DNA of 64,000 nt, taken from the NCBI GenBank assembly GCA_963663965.2, contig CAXXFK010000042.1:96001-160000 (forward strand), read 5' to 3'. Below the pieces are notes generated by a model, which did not search any database, was not told the DNA's origin, and saw only the letters and a list, made by a program, of their open reading frames with translations. Position 1 is the stretch's first letter. Each line of letters starts with the position of its first letter. The translations under genes and the position numbers were made by a program. This DNA comes from Sedimentisphaerales bacterium (GTDB lineage Bacteria > Planctomycetota > Phycisphaerae > Sedimentisphaerales > SM23-30). Positions 1 to 10,059 of this stretch are shown here, in pieces.

Positions 1-64
1 ATGCTACTGTCCGCTAGAATGCTGGCCTAAATAATTTCGATAATTAAACAGGAAATACATTATT

Positions 65-946
65 ATGGATATTATACAACTGTCTTATGGCAAAAATACC
101 CCGGTAATCCGGTGTCTTGATCATGGTTTTGTGAGGTTAATAGACTGTTCTCCCCGGATATTGAATGATGGTGAAGTTTCTGCGGATTATGCCATCGCTG
201 AAGCGGCGCGTTGCAGTTATATGCGCGGCAATAAAACGGTGATGGATGATCGCAACCTGATACGGTATTTAATGCGGCACAAACATACCTCGCCTTTTGA
301 GATGATCACCTTTAAATTCCATTGGAAACTGCCAATATTTGTCGCCCGTCAGGTGATCCGGCATCGGACGGCCTCGCTCAACGAATTAAGCGGAAGATAT
401 TCCGAGTTGCCGGAAGAGTATTTTATGCCAACTACCGATGGGTTACGTGCCAAAGGGGGATTGAATAAGCAGGGATCTTCCGGTTCGATTGAGGGGGAAT
501 TAATCGACGAGCGATTAAAAGCGATGGGAGAGGTTCAGAAACAGTGTTTTGAGGTGTATCATGATAATCTGGATGCGAATGTGGCCCGTGAAATAGCCCG
601 ATGTGTTTTGCCGGTCTCGACTTATACCGAATGGTATTGGCAGATGGATTTGCATAACCTGCTTCATTTTATGGATTTACGATGCGACAGCCATGCCCAG
701 CAGGAAACCAGAGTCTTTGCCGAGGCGGTCCTTGAGTTGATTCGCCCGATTGTGCCAATTACCATTGAGGCCTGGGAAGATTACAGTCCGTATCGAGGAG
801 GGATGATGTTGACCCGGATGGAGGTGGAGGCACTGAAGGCGATGTTGGTTAATAGTGAATTTCAGCCAGTGGAATCTGGCAGTAAGACAGAGAACGCGGA
901 GTGGAAAGATAAGGTTGGGCGCCTGGGAATTGGTTTTTCGGAATAA
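65..946 (+). CDS. thyX: FAD-dependent thymidylate synthase ThyX
   Basis: ThyX motifs HTSPFE and RQVIRHR-x-SLNELSGRY; REIARCVLP; HAQQE. Confidence 0.95.
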   Translation: MDIIQLSYGKNTPVIRCLDHGFVRLIDCSPRILNDGEVSADYAIAEAARCSYMRGNKTVMDDRNLIRYLMRHKHTSPFEMITFKFHWKLPIFVARQVIRHRTASLNELSGRYSELPEEYFMPTTDGLRAKGGLNKQGSSGSIEGELIDERLKAMGEVQKQCFEVYHDNLDANVAREIARCVLPVSTYTEWYWQMDLHNLLHFMDLRCDSHAQQETRVFAEAVLELIRPIVPITIEAWEDYSPYRGGMMLTRMEVEALKAMLVNSEFQPVESGSKTENAEWKDKVGRLGIGFSE

Positions 947-964
947 TTTTGTATTCACTCGATT

Positions 965-1008
965 AAAAAAGGCGATTCGGGAATATATCCGCGACATCGC
1001 CTTTTTTT
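965..1008. terminator. Bidirectional intrinsic terminator between convergent genes
   Basis: aaaaaa-GGCGAT...ATCGCC-ttttttt hairpin between the thyX and PEP-CTERM stops. Confidence 0.8.
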
Positions 1009-1023
1009 CTAATATTTTCCGCT

Positions 1024-1752
1024 TTATTTGATTTTGCGACGCAAAAGCGCTATTCCGGATAAAGCTAATCCAATGGCTGAGGGAACAGGTACGGTGATGG
1101 TTGGATCGGACTGGTACAGAATTAAATTGACATTGTCAACGCCAACAGAGGTTAAGTTGTCCAACTGATTATCGGCATATAGGGCATAGGTCAGATTGTA
1201 ACTGCCCGATTCCAGCCACTGATATCCTGATTGCCAAGGGGTGCCATAATACTGGGGGACTGGTCCGGGATCGGCATGATTGGTCCATATGTTATAAGTT
1301 GTCTGGTTGTTATTACCTAAATTAGTCAAAATGGCCTTGAAATAATCGGATTCCGCGTCTGGTCCGGTTGTCCATAAATTCATTGCGACCGAATACAGAC
1401 CAGCCTGATCAACCTGGAACGAATCGCTAATCAACTGGAGAACATAATCCGGGCCGTCTGTTGCCTCTTCACCGCCAGAAGGAGAAAAGAAGTTTTCCTG
1501 CAGATAGGCGACGGTCGAGGTGGGATCAACGTAATTTCCACCTTCGGGGTAGAACGTGTGATAGATCTGGCCGGGATGGAATGATTCGCCGGAAGAGTTA
1601 TTGATAATATAGGAGTTGAATGTCCAATTTTGGACTTCATAGCCTGTGAGATCAAAACCGGCGTTTGGAATATCGATATTTGCCCATAGTCCTGATACTG
1701 CTATTAGAAAAACGATTAAAGCCAGCATGTTGTTTTTCATTTTTATGCCCAC
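1024..1752 (-). CDS. Secreted PEP-CTERM-like (VPVP variant) surface protein
   Basis: Signal peptide; C-terminus VPVPSAIGLALSGIALLRRKIK (sorting motif, TM, basic tail). Confidence 0.8.
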   Translation of the reverse strand: MGIKMKNNMLALIVFLIAVSGLWANIDIPNAGFDLTGYEVQNWTFNSYIINNSSGESFHPGQIYHTFYPEGGNYVDPTSTVAYLQENFFSPSGGEEATDGPDYVLQLISDSFQVDQAGLYSVAMNLWTTGPDAESDYFKAILTNLGNNNQTTYNIWTNHADPGPVPQYYGTPWQSGYQWLESGSYNLTYALYADNQLDNLTSVGVDNVNLILYQSDPTITVPVPSAIGLALSGIALLRRKIK

Positions 1753-2198
1753 ATTGAATGTTAATTACTTATGCAGTTTTTAACAAAAACCTAAATCACC
1801 ATTCAAGTTTAATCCCAACGAAGGGTTAAAGTCCAATAATATTTTTGTTAAAATAGGGAAAAAGTGAATTTTTTTGCTCTTTGCAGGAATATGAGTCATA
1901 ATTGATTAAGTATTATTGATTTTTTGTTATAAATTGAATAAAGAAAGCAGGTGGTGTTATGATATAAATTGGCGCGGTCCGATGATATGCGGAATTGATG
2001 ATCATCTGTCCTGTCCGAACAAAAATGTTGGAGTCTGTGTTTCGAGTTTATATATATCACTTTGCTATTATTTTATTCATATTAAAATCCCGCTAATGAA
2101 ACATATCCTTTCCTGACGTTTAACAGGTCAGTCTGATCGGTCAATCGGTATCTTCGGTTGTTATTTAATTTGTTTTACTGTCTCCTGTAATCAGAACA

Positions 2199-3203
2199 AT
2201 GCTATTGGTGGGTTCTAATTTCCTGAAATGGGGGGTTCTCCGGGTATGGTTTGGATATATTTGGACAGGAAAGGATGTTGTGATGAAAATAGAGCGTAAT
2301 GTCTTCGTTAAGGATGTGGTGGTAGTGTTATTTATATTGGGATTAATTTTTATAATTATATTACCTCTTTTAGGTCGATTTCGGGAAATGGGTGTTTGTA
2401 GAATCCAATGTGCTTCGGTGTTAAATGGGATTTCCAAGTCGATGGTTCTTTACGCAAATGACAACCGGGGGGCATACCCTTATGTCGGTCCCAAAGATAA
2501 TATCCATATGACATTTGGTATGGGATTGTATAACGAACCGGGCAAATTGGATACCTATCCACGCTGGGTTGATCCCGAATTCAATGATTGGGAACAACAG
2601 GCAACGGTGGGAGCCAGTTTGTATTTGCTGATTAAGTATACCGATCTGGTCCCCAAGATGTTTATCTGTCCATCTAGTGATGATGATCCGATAAAATTGG
2701 AACCGGCTATGATGACGCGGAGACGGATCTTTCCGGATGGACCACCTGTTGAGACTTATTGTGACTTGAATGATTTCCCTTCAATGCGAAATTTGAGTTA
2801 TTCTTACAATGATCCCTGGAAAAATCCTATAGATGATAGTGCCAATTCCGGCTTAGCAGTGTTAGCCGATAAAAGTCCAGCCTTTGATACTGAAACCGGC
2901 ATTCGCAATCTGGCTGCTGGTGATTTTCCTGCGCCACAGGTTGGGGACAGGGCGATGGACTGGTGTTCGACAAAACATAAATCGCAGTATGGCAATTCTT
3001 TAAATCATAACGGCGAATGTCAGAATGTGGGTTATGCTGATACCCATGTCAAAAAGGAGGAAACTCCATTGGTTGGAATTGAAGAGGATAATATCTTTAC
3101 CCGGTGGCACAGGACCGGTGAAAATGAACAATGGGATATCATTATTGGACGGTGGGATCAGGGGCACGCGGAAGATTTTTTTGACTCTTATCTGGGAAAT
3201 TGA
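2199..3203 (+). CDS. Planctomycete prepilin-like / H-X9-DG (DUF1559-like) protein; true start probably at MKIERN (~2282)
   Basis: Degenerate prepilin N-terminal hydrophobic helix; C-x-S-x-L-x-x-I; YANDN; FICPS; SYSYN; C-terminal HNGECQNVGYADTHV. Confidence 0.75.
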   Translation: MLLVGSNFLKWGVLRVWFGYIWTGKDVVMKIERNVFVKDVVVVLFILGLIFIIILPLLGRFREMGVCRIQCASVLNGISKSMVLYANDNRGAYPYVGPKDNIHMTFGMGLYNEPGKLDTYPRWVDPEFNDWEQQATVGASLYLLIKYTDLVPKMFICPSSDDDPIKLEPAMMTRRRIFPDGPPVETYCDLNDFPSMRNLSYSYNDPWKNPIDDSANSGLAVLADKSPAFDTETGIRNLAAGDFPAPQVGDRAMDWCSTKHKSQYGNSLNHNGECQNVGYADTHVKKEETPLVGIEEDNIFTRWHRTGENEQWDIIIGRWDQGHAEDFFDSYLGN

Positions 3204-3440
3204 GGTATAATATAAATAGAGAAATGTTAAATTCAGAAATAAAATTTATCACACCCAGAAGGACCGGCAGCATGATGAGCAACAACTCAATGAAAGGAGG
3301 TGGGGCCTATGACATAACCTTTTAATAGCAGGTATTTACTATCAGGAATGATGGCCTGCTGATTAAGAATCGCCCCTTATTTTGTATGGAATTATATATT
3401 TCTTAAATATTTTATTTTTGCGACTTAATCGACAGGTGAC

Positions 3441-3477
3441 CAGGCACGACCAAGAAAATGATCGTGCCTGTTTTATT
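3441..3477 (+). terminator. Intrinsic terminator hairpin
   Basis: CAGGCACGA...TCGTGCCTG followed by ttttatt. Confidence 0.65.
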
Positions 3478-3531
3478 GATTGAGCAGTAACACATAGTCT
3501 GTTAGAAATTATACGGATATAATGGAATTGT

Positions 3532-4050
3532 TTATGATTCAGTCAGATTTTTGGTGAAAATCCATTTATCATCGTTCGGAGCGTAGAAATCTTTGACGAC
3601 GGCGGCCATGAGATAGCCATTTCGCTCATAAAAGGCCCGGGTTGGGAGGTATCTTTCCGCACCGGAGGTTTCTATGACGATTAAACGTCCCTTCTGGTGT
3701 TTAATTTTCTGTTCGGCAAATTGCAGTAGTTTCGAGCCGATTTTGTGGCGCTGCCAGGTGGGATCCACCACAATCCAATAGATATCAAACGTTCCCAGCG
3801 TACAGGGGGTCGCGCCAAAACAAATCCATCCAGCCACTTGATGACCCGTTTCGGCGACATAGGATTGATAGTTACAATCGGGTTTTTCCATGGCGGCGTC
3901 GTCAAAAACTTCACAGGCGATTTCAACTTCGACCGGCCGGAAGAATCCGGTGGCTTTTACGCTGTCCAGAACGGCAGGATGGTCTTCAATGCCTGCTTTA
4001 CGGATATTGAATTTTGTGTCGTCAAGTTCTGAAATAAGTTGAGTTTTCAT
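3532..4050 (-). CDS. GNAT N-acetyltransferase
   Basis: V-D-P-x-x-Q-R-x-x-I-G-S-x-L-L acetyl-CoA motif; FYERNGY. Confidence 0.9.
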   Translation of the reverse strand: MKTQLISELDDTKFNIRKAGIEDHPAVLDSVKATGFFRPVEVEIACEVFDDAAMEKPDCNYQSYVAETGHQVAGWICFGATPCTLGTFDIYWIVVDPTWQRHKIGSKLLQFAEQKIKHQKGRLIVIETSGAERYLPTRAFYERNGYLMAAVVKDFYAPNDDKWIFTKNLTES

Positions 4051-4079
4051 AAAGAGGGTGTTTCTATTAAGTTGGGTGT

Positions 4080-5108
4080 TTATGCAAAAGGCATATTGTT
4101 TTGTTGAAACCTTTGCCGGGCATTTTGAATCATACTAACCACAAATTGTTCATAGCTGATATTACCGGCGGCCAGCGCCGCGGCAAATCCGGCTTCCGGT
4201 GATATGTCAGGATTGGGATTCACTTCAAGAATGAAAGGATTCAGATCTTTATCCAGTCTGAAATCAACCCGGGCATAATCCCGGCATCCCAGTTGCTGCC
4301 AGGCAGCCAGCGCCAGATTTTCCACGATTTGAGCCACAGGGCTGGGTAAATCCGCAGGGATTTTACGAGGGGTGTGATGGTAACCAAATGAGCTGGTATT
4401 CCATTTGGCATCGTAATCCACGATTTTTGGCCGGTCATCCTGAAAAGCGGAGAAATCAATTTCGGCCAGGGGCATCACCAGGTATTCTCCATCCAGTTCG
4501 ATGACCGAGACATTTAACTCTCGGGCGGGAATATACTGTTCGATAATGACAGGTTGTTCAAATTGCCGCCATAACTGCTTTAGTAATTGTGACGTGCGAT
4601 CCAGCTCAGATGGCAACGTGACGACTGAATCCGAGGTAATTCCCTCGCTGGCGTCGCAAAACTGGGGTTTTAAAATATAACGGCCGGGAGTGAATTGGTT
4701 CCAGGGTATTGTTTCATCCGGATTTAAGGTGAACCCTGACGGACAGGGCAAACCGGCGTTCAGGAGTATGGATTTGGTATATGTTTTATTCTGGCTGAGT
4801 AAAAGCGTTGGTGAATCATTGCCGGTGCATGATTTACCGTAAACCTGGCAAAGCGCCGGAACATAACAGGCCTGATTGATGGCGCCAACGAATTCTTCCG
4901 CCAGATTAAAGCAGAGTGTTTCTGTACGGTCGGGCAGGATTTCAGCCAGGTGGCGTAAATTGTCAACCTGGATGGGAGTACAATCGAACCCGGAGAGTGT
5001 AAGGGCATATTCCACCGCGCGTACCTGGTCCATGACTCCGGCGCGGCTTTCGTAAAGCGGGTCATCTTGTGGGCCGAATGAGTTGTAAATGATCAGGACA
5101 CTTTCCAT
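4080..5108 (-). CDS. ATP-grasp amide ligase, D-Ala-D-Ala ligase-like (copy B); start taken at MESVLII
   Basis: FNLAE, ILKP-x-x-x-DASEGI, EQYIPARE, RDYARVDFR, LEVNPNPD. Confidence 0.9.
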   Translation of the reverse strand: MESVLIIYNSFGPQDDPLYESRAGVMDQVRAVEYALTLSGFDCTPIQVDNLRHLAEILPDRTETLCFNLAEEFVGAINQACYVPALCQVYGKSCTGNDSPTLLLSQNKTYTKSILLNAGLPCPSGFTLNPDETIPWNQFTPGRYILKPQFCDASEGITSDSVVTLPSELDRTSQLLKQLWRQFEQPVIIEQYIPARELNVSVIELDGEYLVMPLAEIDFSAFQDDRPKIVDYDAKWNTSSFGYHHTPRKIPADLPSPVAQIVENLALAAWQQLGCRDYARVDFRLDKDLNPFILEVNPNPDISPEAGFAAALAAGNISYEQFVVSMIQNARQRFQQNNMPFA

Positions 5109-6109
5109 TGTCTGATTCCGCGGGTTCCGGCCCGTTGAAAGGCGCTTTCCAGTATTGAACCGATTAAGGTCTGATAGCTCATGCCTTCCTGAGTGGCGAT
5201 CATGGGCAGGTCGGAATGGGTAGGATGTAAACCGGCAAGAGGATTCACTTCGATAAAACACGGCCGGCCGTTATGGTCACAACGGATATCGACACGACCG
5301 GCATCGCGGCACTCCAGAACCTGGTAACTGCGAACCGCCAGATGTTCCACTTCATCCCTCAGAGTCTGATTGTCCAGCAGGGGATGATAGAAGATTCTTG
5401 ATTCGCATTCTTCTTTGTTGAGATAGGAATAGATCGCCGGTTCGTTTCGGGCCAGCATTTCAATTTCCATGGTTCCAATGGCCCTGGCCTGGGCGCCGGT
5501 ACCAAGAATGCCTACCGTGAATTCGCGGCCGGGAAGAAACTCTTCGACCAGGGCTGGTTGACGATAGGTTTCGAGTAAATCGGCGCAGACCGTGCGCAAT
5601 TGCTCCGGGTTGTCAATTTTGGAATTCTGGTCTACCCCTTTGCCCGTGCCTTCGGCCAGGGGTTTGGCAAAGAGCGGGTATCGCAAAACCATTCCGTTCA
5701 GATCGGCTAACGTTTCAATGACGTCAAAAGCAGGCGTCGCCAGACCCTGTTGCGCGACAACGCGTTTGGCCATGGCTTTATCCAGGGTCAGGGCGCAGAC
5801 CAGTGCATCTGAAAACGTATAGGGGATGTCATACATATCCAGGAGAGCCGGTACAAAGGCTTCCCGACAGCGTCCGCCCAGTCCCTCGGCAATATTAAAA
5901 ACCATATCCCACCGGTGGCCGGCAACGAGCCGCATATTCAAGACCTTGCCATTACCGATGCGTTCGGTGAGATAGCCGCACGCTTCGATGGTTTCTTCCA
6001 GTGCGGTGATGGTTTCTTCTGAATCAAATTCCGCGACTTCAGCTTCGCTATAGCCCAGCGCCAGATAATCTGTTCTCAAGTCGTAAACCAGTCCTATTAA
6101 TGGTTTCAT
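5093..6109 (-). CDS. ATP-grasp amide ligase, D-Ala-D-Ala ligase-like (copy A)
   Basis: FNIAEG, FAKPLAEGTGKGV, EEFLPGREFTVG, RDAGRVDIR, IEVNPLAG. Confidence 0.9.
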   Translation of the reverse strand: MKPLIGLVYDLRTDYLALGYSEAEVAEFDSEETITALEETIEACGYLTERIGNGKVLNMRLVAGHRWDMVFNIAEGLGGRCREAFVPALLDMYDIPYTFSDALVCALTLDKAMAKRVVAQQGLATPAFDVIETLADLNGMVLRYPLFAKPLAEGTGKGVDQNSKIDNPEQLRTVCADLLETYRQPALVEEFLPGREFTVGILGTGAQARAIGTMEIEMLARNEPAIYSYLNKEECESRIFYHPLLDNQTLRDEVEHLAVRSYQVLECRDAGRVDIRCDHNGRPCFIEVNPLAGLHPTHSDLPMIATQEGMSYQTLIGSILESAFQRAGTRGIRQWKVS

Positions 6110-6192
6110 TTTTGTTCCCTGTAAAATTAAGTATTGGTGAAAAAATGCTGCTATCTTTCGTTTATTAAAGTTGAGCCCGGTTATCCGTATGA

Positions 6193-7920
6193 TTATTTCA
6201 AAACTTCGGCAAATCCCTGAAACAGCGCGGTGGCGCCCATTCTGAGGTTTTTCAGATTATAGCCGCCTTCCTGAACGACCAGTGTCGGCATTTTGAGAGA
6301 CGCCAGAGTCTGGCCAATCGTTTTCATGGTCTGCCCGTTTAATCCGAAAGCCCCGGTCGGATCACCTTTCATAATGTCAAATCCCAGACTGACGACAAGA
6401 AACAACGGGGCAAATTTGCGGATCTGGATAATCGCTTTATCCAGGGTTTTAAGGTAAGCATCAGCACCGGCGTTGTCCGGCAGGCAGTAATTATGGTTAA
6501 ACCCTTTGCCGGGACCTTCCCCGGTTTCGTCGGCAAAACCAGAAAAGTAAGGATACGCCTCATTGGGATGGCCGTGGATCGAGAGGGTCAGGACGTCATT
6601 CCGGTTATAAAAAATATCCTGTGTTCCGTTGCCATGATGAAAATCGATATCCAGCGTGGCGACTTTACCCTGGCGGGAAAGTAACTGGGCGGCAATGGCT
6701 GCGTTATTGAAATAGCAGAAACCGCCAAAGCAGCGGTTTTCGGCATGGTGGCCGGGCGGGCGGCAAAGGGCATAGGCAACTCGACGCCCGCGTACAATTT
6801 CTTCAGACGCTGTCAGGGCGACATTGACGGCCAGCCGGGCGGCGTCGAACGCATTGTGGTCCAGCGGGGTAAAGGTGTCGATACAATAGTAACCCGCTCG
6901 AACAGCCAGATCATGCGGTTTACGTTCCGGCCTGCGAATAGGAAACACATAAGGATAAACCGGCCGCTTGGGTTTCAATTTCTGACAAACTGCTTTTAAA
7001 TAACGTACGAAATCTGCGTCGTGAACAGCCAGGATGTATTCCTGGCCAAAGTTGCGAGGCGGAATCGCATCAAAAAGCCCGGTTTTATCCAGCGCGGAAC
7101 GAATCGCCTGGACCCTGGCCGGGCGCTCGACGTAGCCGCGATCCTGAACGTGATGGACTTCATGGCCGATGCCGCATACCATGATAAATGGTTTTTGCAG
7201 CCGGTCGAAGCGTTTGGCAGGGGCTACAACTTCATTTTTGATGTAGCGGGGTTCACGAATACGCACGGGATCATCCGTAACCGACTCGACGACTTTTTCG
7301 ATATAATCAGGTGTTACCAGGTGAGAATATTTTTTTATCAGTATGGTACGCATGACGGAACGGCAGACATTGCGGCGAAGTGGCTTACCCCGGTCCAGAT
7401 CATCATAAAGCAGATGAGGCGCCGGAGAGTCGTCAATCGGTGTTTCGTAGGCTGTTCCTGCTATTGGCCGGACACCGTACCCTTCATAGAAGCGCAAACG
7501 TAGCTGGTTTTCTTTAAGGATTGCCGGATCAGTTACCAGGGCTGGATCGTCGGGCAGCGCTTCGAGATACAGCCCCTGGCAATCGATTCGTTTGAGGTAA
7601 TCGCGAGTGGCTTCATAGAGAGCGCCGCCGGAGCCACCACCACGGATATCACGACGAACCGCGATAAAATCGAGCCAGGCACAACGCATATTGGGAAAAT
7701 AAATGAACAGGGAAAAGCCAGTGACCTGTCCAGGCGCTTTTTCACAGACCAGCAACAAGGTCGTGTAACCGTACTTGATGGGATTTTCGAGCAGGTCCGG
7801 GATTTTATCGGCGTAATTGGAAACAGCAGAAAAATTCTGGCGAAAAATCTCCTGGACCTGGGCGATACGATCTTTATCAACCGGCAAAACAGTTTGATAG
7901 ACTCTGGCAATTCTGATCAT
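6193..7920 (-). CDS. Fusion of an N-terminal GNAT-like domain and a C-terminal HDAC / acetylpolyamine amidohydrolase domain
   Basis: N-term RGGGSGGALY and FYEGYG; C-term RPPGHHA, GGFCYFNN, DIDFHHGNGTQ, SLGFD, QEGGY. Confidence 0.9.
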   Translation of the reverse strand: MIRIARVYQTVLPVDKDRIAQVQEIFRQNFSAVSNYADKIPDLLENPIKYGYTTLLLVCEKAPGQVTGFSLFIYFPNMRCAWLDFIAVRRDIRGGGSGGALYEATRDYLKRIDCQGLYLEALPDDPALVTDPAILKENQLRLRFYEGYGVRPIAGTAYETPIDDSPAPHLLYDDLDRGKPLRRNVCRSVMRTILIKKYSHLVTPDYIEKVVESVTDDPVRIREPRYIKNEVVAPAKRFDRLQKPFIMVCGIGHEVHHVQDRGYVERPARVQAIRSALDKTGLFDAIPPRNFGQEYILAVHDADFVRYLKAVCQKLKPKRPVYPYVFPIRRPERKPHDLAVRAGYYCIDTFTPLDHNAFDAARLAVNVALTASEEIVRGRRVAYALCRPPGHHAENRCFGGFCYFNNAAIAAQLLSRQGKVATLDIDFHHGNGTQDIFYNRNDVLTLSIHGHPNEAYPYFSGFADETGEGPGKGFNHNYCLPDNAGADAYLKTLDKAIIQIRKFAPLFLVVSLGFDIMKGDPTGAFGLNGQTMKTIGQTLASLKMPTLVVQEGGYNLKNLRMGATALFQGFAEVLK

Positions 7921-7949
7921 AATAACACCTCTGGCACATAAGATGCCTG

Positions 7950-9359
7950 TCAGGCATCGATCAGATAATGGTTGTTGGCACAGGAGGTATTTTTGCCCGT
8001 ATTTTTCTGGCGCCGATCCAATCGCTGGGTATGGGCCGGCTGGATCACATCGGCTTTGCCGGTAGCCAGTTCCCAGACCCCGGTTGTCTGGTTCGGATTA
8101 GAACCGGCAGGGGTTTGAGGCGCCATGTCATAGCCGGGTTCTGGATAGCTGACCAGCAGGCCTTCGTAATTACGCAATACGGTATGAGTCGGGCTCATGG
8201 AGACGACATAGGTCGGCGTTACCGGGAGTTTGCCGCCACCGTGAGGGGCATCAACGACAAAGGTGGGAATCGCAAAACCGGCAATTCTGCCACGTAGATA
8301 TTCCATGATTTCCATCCCTTTACGGACCGAGGTGCGGAAGTGTTCCACGCCCCGAACCAGATCGCACTGGTACAGGTAATAAGGCCGGACCCGGGTACGG
8401 ATCAAATTACGGCATAACTGTTCGATAATCAGCGGATCATCGTTAATGCCACGCAAGAGAACGGTCTGGTTGCCCAGAGGGATGCCGGCATCCGCCAGTT
8501 TGGCGCAGGCGGCGCGGGCTTCTTCGGTCAGTTCATTGGGATGATTAAAATGGGTATTGATCCACAAGGGATGATATTTTTTCAGCATGGCCACCAATTC
8601 GTCGGTAATGCGCATAGGGAGTACGACAGGCATACGGGTCCCGATACGGATTACCTGAACGGATTCGACCGCTCGCAACGCGCTTAAGACGGATTCCAGC
8701 GCGGAGTCAGACATGGTCAGGGGATCTCCACCCGAAACAATGACATCGCTGATTTCGGGGTGATTGCTGAGATATTCCTGAACCTGGCGCAGACGGCGGG
8801 GGGAAATCGCATTTTCGCGGGTACCGGCGATGCGTTTGCGGGTGCAATGACGGCAATACATGGAGCACATGGTGGTGGCAATGAGTAATGCCCGGTCCCG
8901 ATATCGGTGTACGAGTCCCGGAACCGGCATGTCTTCATGCTCTTCCAGCGGATCGTCGGTCAGGCAGGGGGGATCGTACAATTCCTGGATATTGGGTACG
9001 CTCATGCGAAAGATCGGATCAGATAAATCGGCCTGCTGGATCAGCGAGGCGTAATAGGGGGTAATGGCCATGGGGTATTTGTCGACGACCTTTTGGAGTT
9101 CGGTTCGCCCTGGCAATCCGACCAGATATTTTGACAGTTGTTCCAGACTACGGATACGATTGCGCAACTGCCAGCGCCAGTCGTTCCACTGGCTCGATTT
9201 TTTACATAAAGGGGTATTTCCCGATGGGCAGGTGGAGGGCGTCGAGTTCGCCCTCTGTGTACTCGGAGGTTCTAAAGGTTCGGCAGACGCGTCAGTCTCG
9301 ACCGATTCAATAACGACCGTTTGTGTTTGCTGTTGCATGGTTGGGTGTCCCTCTGTCAA
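7950..9359 (-). CDS. kamA: KamA-family radical SAM/PLP aminomutase (lysine 2,3-aminomutase-like)
   Basis: WNDWRWQL, LVHRYRDR, CSMYCRHCTRKR, SGGDPL, THFNHPNE, PLP-lysine motif DAPHGGGK. Confidence 0.93.
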   Translation of the reverse strand: MTEGHPTMQQQTQTVVIESVETDASAEPLEPPSTQRANSTPSTCPSGNTPLCKKSSQWNDWRWQLRNRIRSLEQLSKYLVGLPGRTELQKVVDKYPMAITPYYASLIQQADLSDPIFRMSVPNIQELYDPPCLTDDPLEEHEDMPVPGLVHRYRDRALLIATTMCSMYCRHCTRKRIAGTRENAISPRRLRQVQEYLSNHPEISDVIVSGGDPLTMSDSALESVLSALRAVESVQVIRIGTRMPVVLPMRITDELVAMLKKYHPLWINTHFNHPNELTEEARAACAKLADAGIPLGNQTVLLRGINDDPLIIEQLCRNLIRTRVRPYYLYQCDLVRGVEHFRTSVRKGMEIMEYLRGRIAGFAIPTFVVDAPHGGGKLPVTPTYVVSMSPTHTVLRNYEGLLVSYPEPGYDMAPQTPAGSNPNQTTGVWELATGKADVIQPAHTQRLDRRQKNTGKNTSCANNHYLIDA

Positions 9360-9365
9360 TGTTAG

Positions 9366-10052
9366 TTATACGGTACCTTGATTAATTAAAAAGGAATATA
9401 AACTTTTGACAAAACTCTGTCGTAAAGGCTTGATACTTGTCTCAATTTCATCGGCGTCCATGCCTATCATTGCAAACGAGAAGAAACCGAAAACGAATCC
9501 TGCCACCGCGCAGGCAAATCGTCGAATTCGGACAATATCCACTTTTTCCGGAACATGGGGAGACAGGATCGTTTCCAGCAGTTCCAGATATCGATTGAAA
9601 GGCTCTTCCAACTGGTTGGATATCAGCCGGTCCAGTTTGAGGAACAAGCGGCCCTGGAATAAAAGAATAAATTCTTCATTATGGTTCAGAAAGAACCTGT
9701 AATGAACGTTAATAATATGGTCAAGAATGTCTTCGATCGATCGGGGATCGGTCATAGACTGAATTTTATCGATTAACTTGTCAATGGCTTCAGTCACTAG
9801 AACGGCGGTGATTTCTGCTTTATCGGAAAAGTGGCGGTAAAAGGTGCCTTTGCCCAGATCGGCCTTTTGGGTAATATCTTCAATCGTCGTGGCATCAACT
9901 CCGTAATCACAAAATGAGTGGAGCGCCGCATCCAGTAATTTTCGCCGGGTTTTCATGGTCCGTTTATCGGACCTGGTGGCTGGGCGTGAATCCTGGTTGA
10001 TTTCGAATAAGTAGTTTTCAGTTGTTTGTTTATTTTCTGTCATAGTATTCAT
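9366..10052 (-). CDS. TetR/AcrR family regulator
   Basis: TTIEDITQKADLGKGTFYRHFSDK HTH. Confidence 0.93.
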   Translation of the reverse strand: MNTMTENKQTTENYLFEINQDSRPATRSDKRTMKTRRKLLDAALHSFCDYGVDATTIEDITQKADLGKGTFYRHFSDKAEITAVLVTEAIDKLIDKIQSMTDPRSIEDILDHIINVHYRFFLNHNEEFILLFQGRLFLKLDRLISNQLEEPFNRYLELLETILSPHVPEKVDIVRIRRFACAVAGFVFGFFSFAMIGMDADEIETSIKPLRQSFVKSLYSFLINQGTV

Positions 10053-10059
10053 CAGTACT

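Noticed and set aside
65..946. thyX as a prophage marker
   Set aside because: No phage structural, integrase or replication genes in the window
5109..5261. N-terminal extension of the 393-aa ORF
   Set aside because: It overlaps the upstream ligase gene by about 170 nt; ligase-like sequence starts at MESVLII (5108)
4080..6109. Housekeeping ddl genes or a vancomycin-resistance ligase
   Set aside because: The paired ligases sit inside the kamA operon with no mur or van genes
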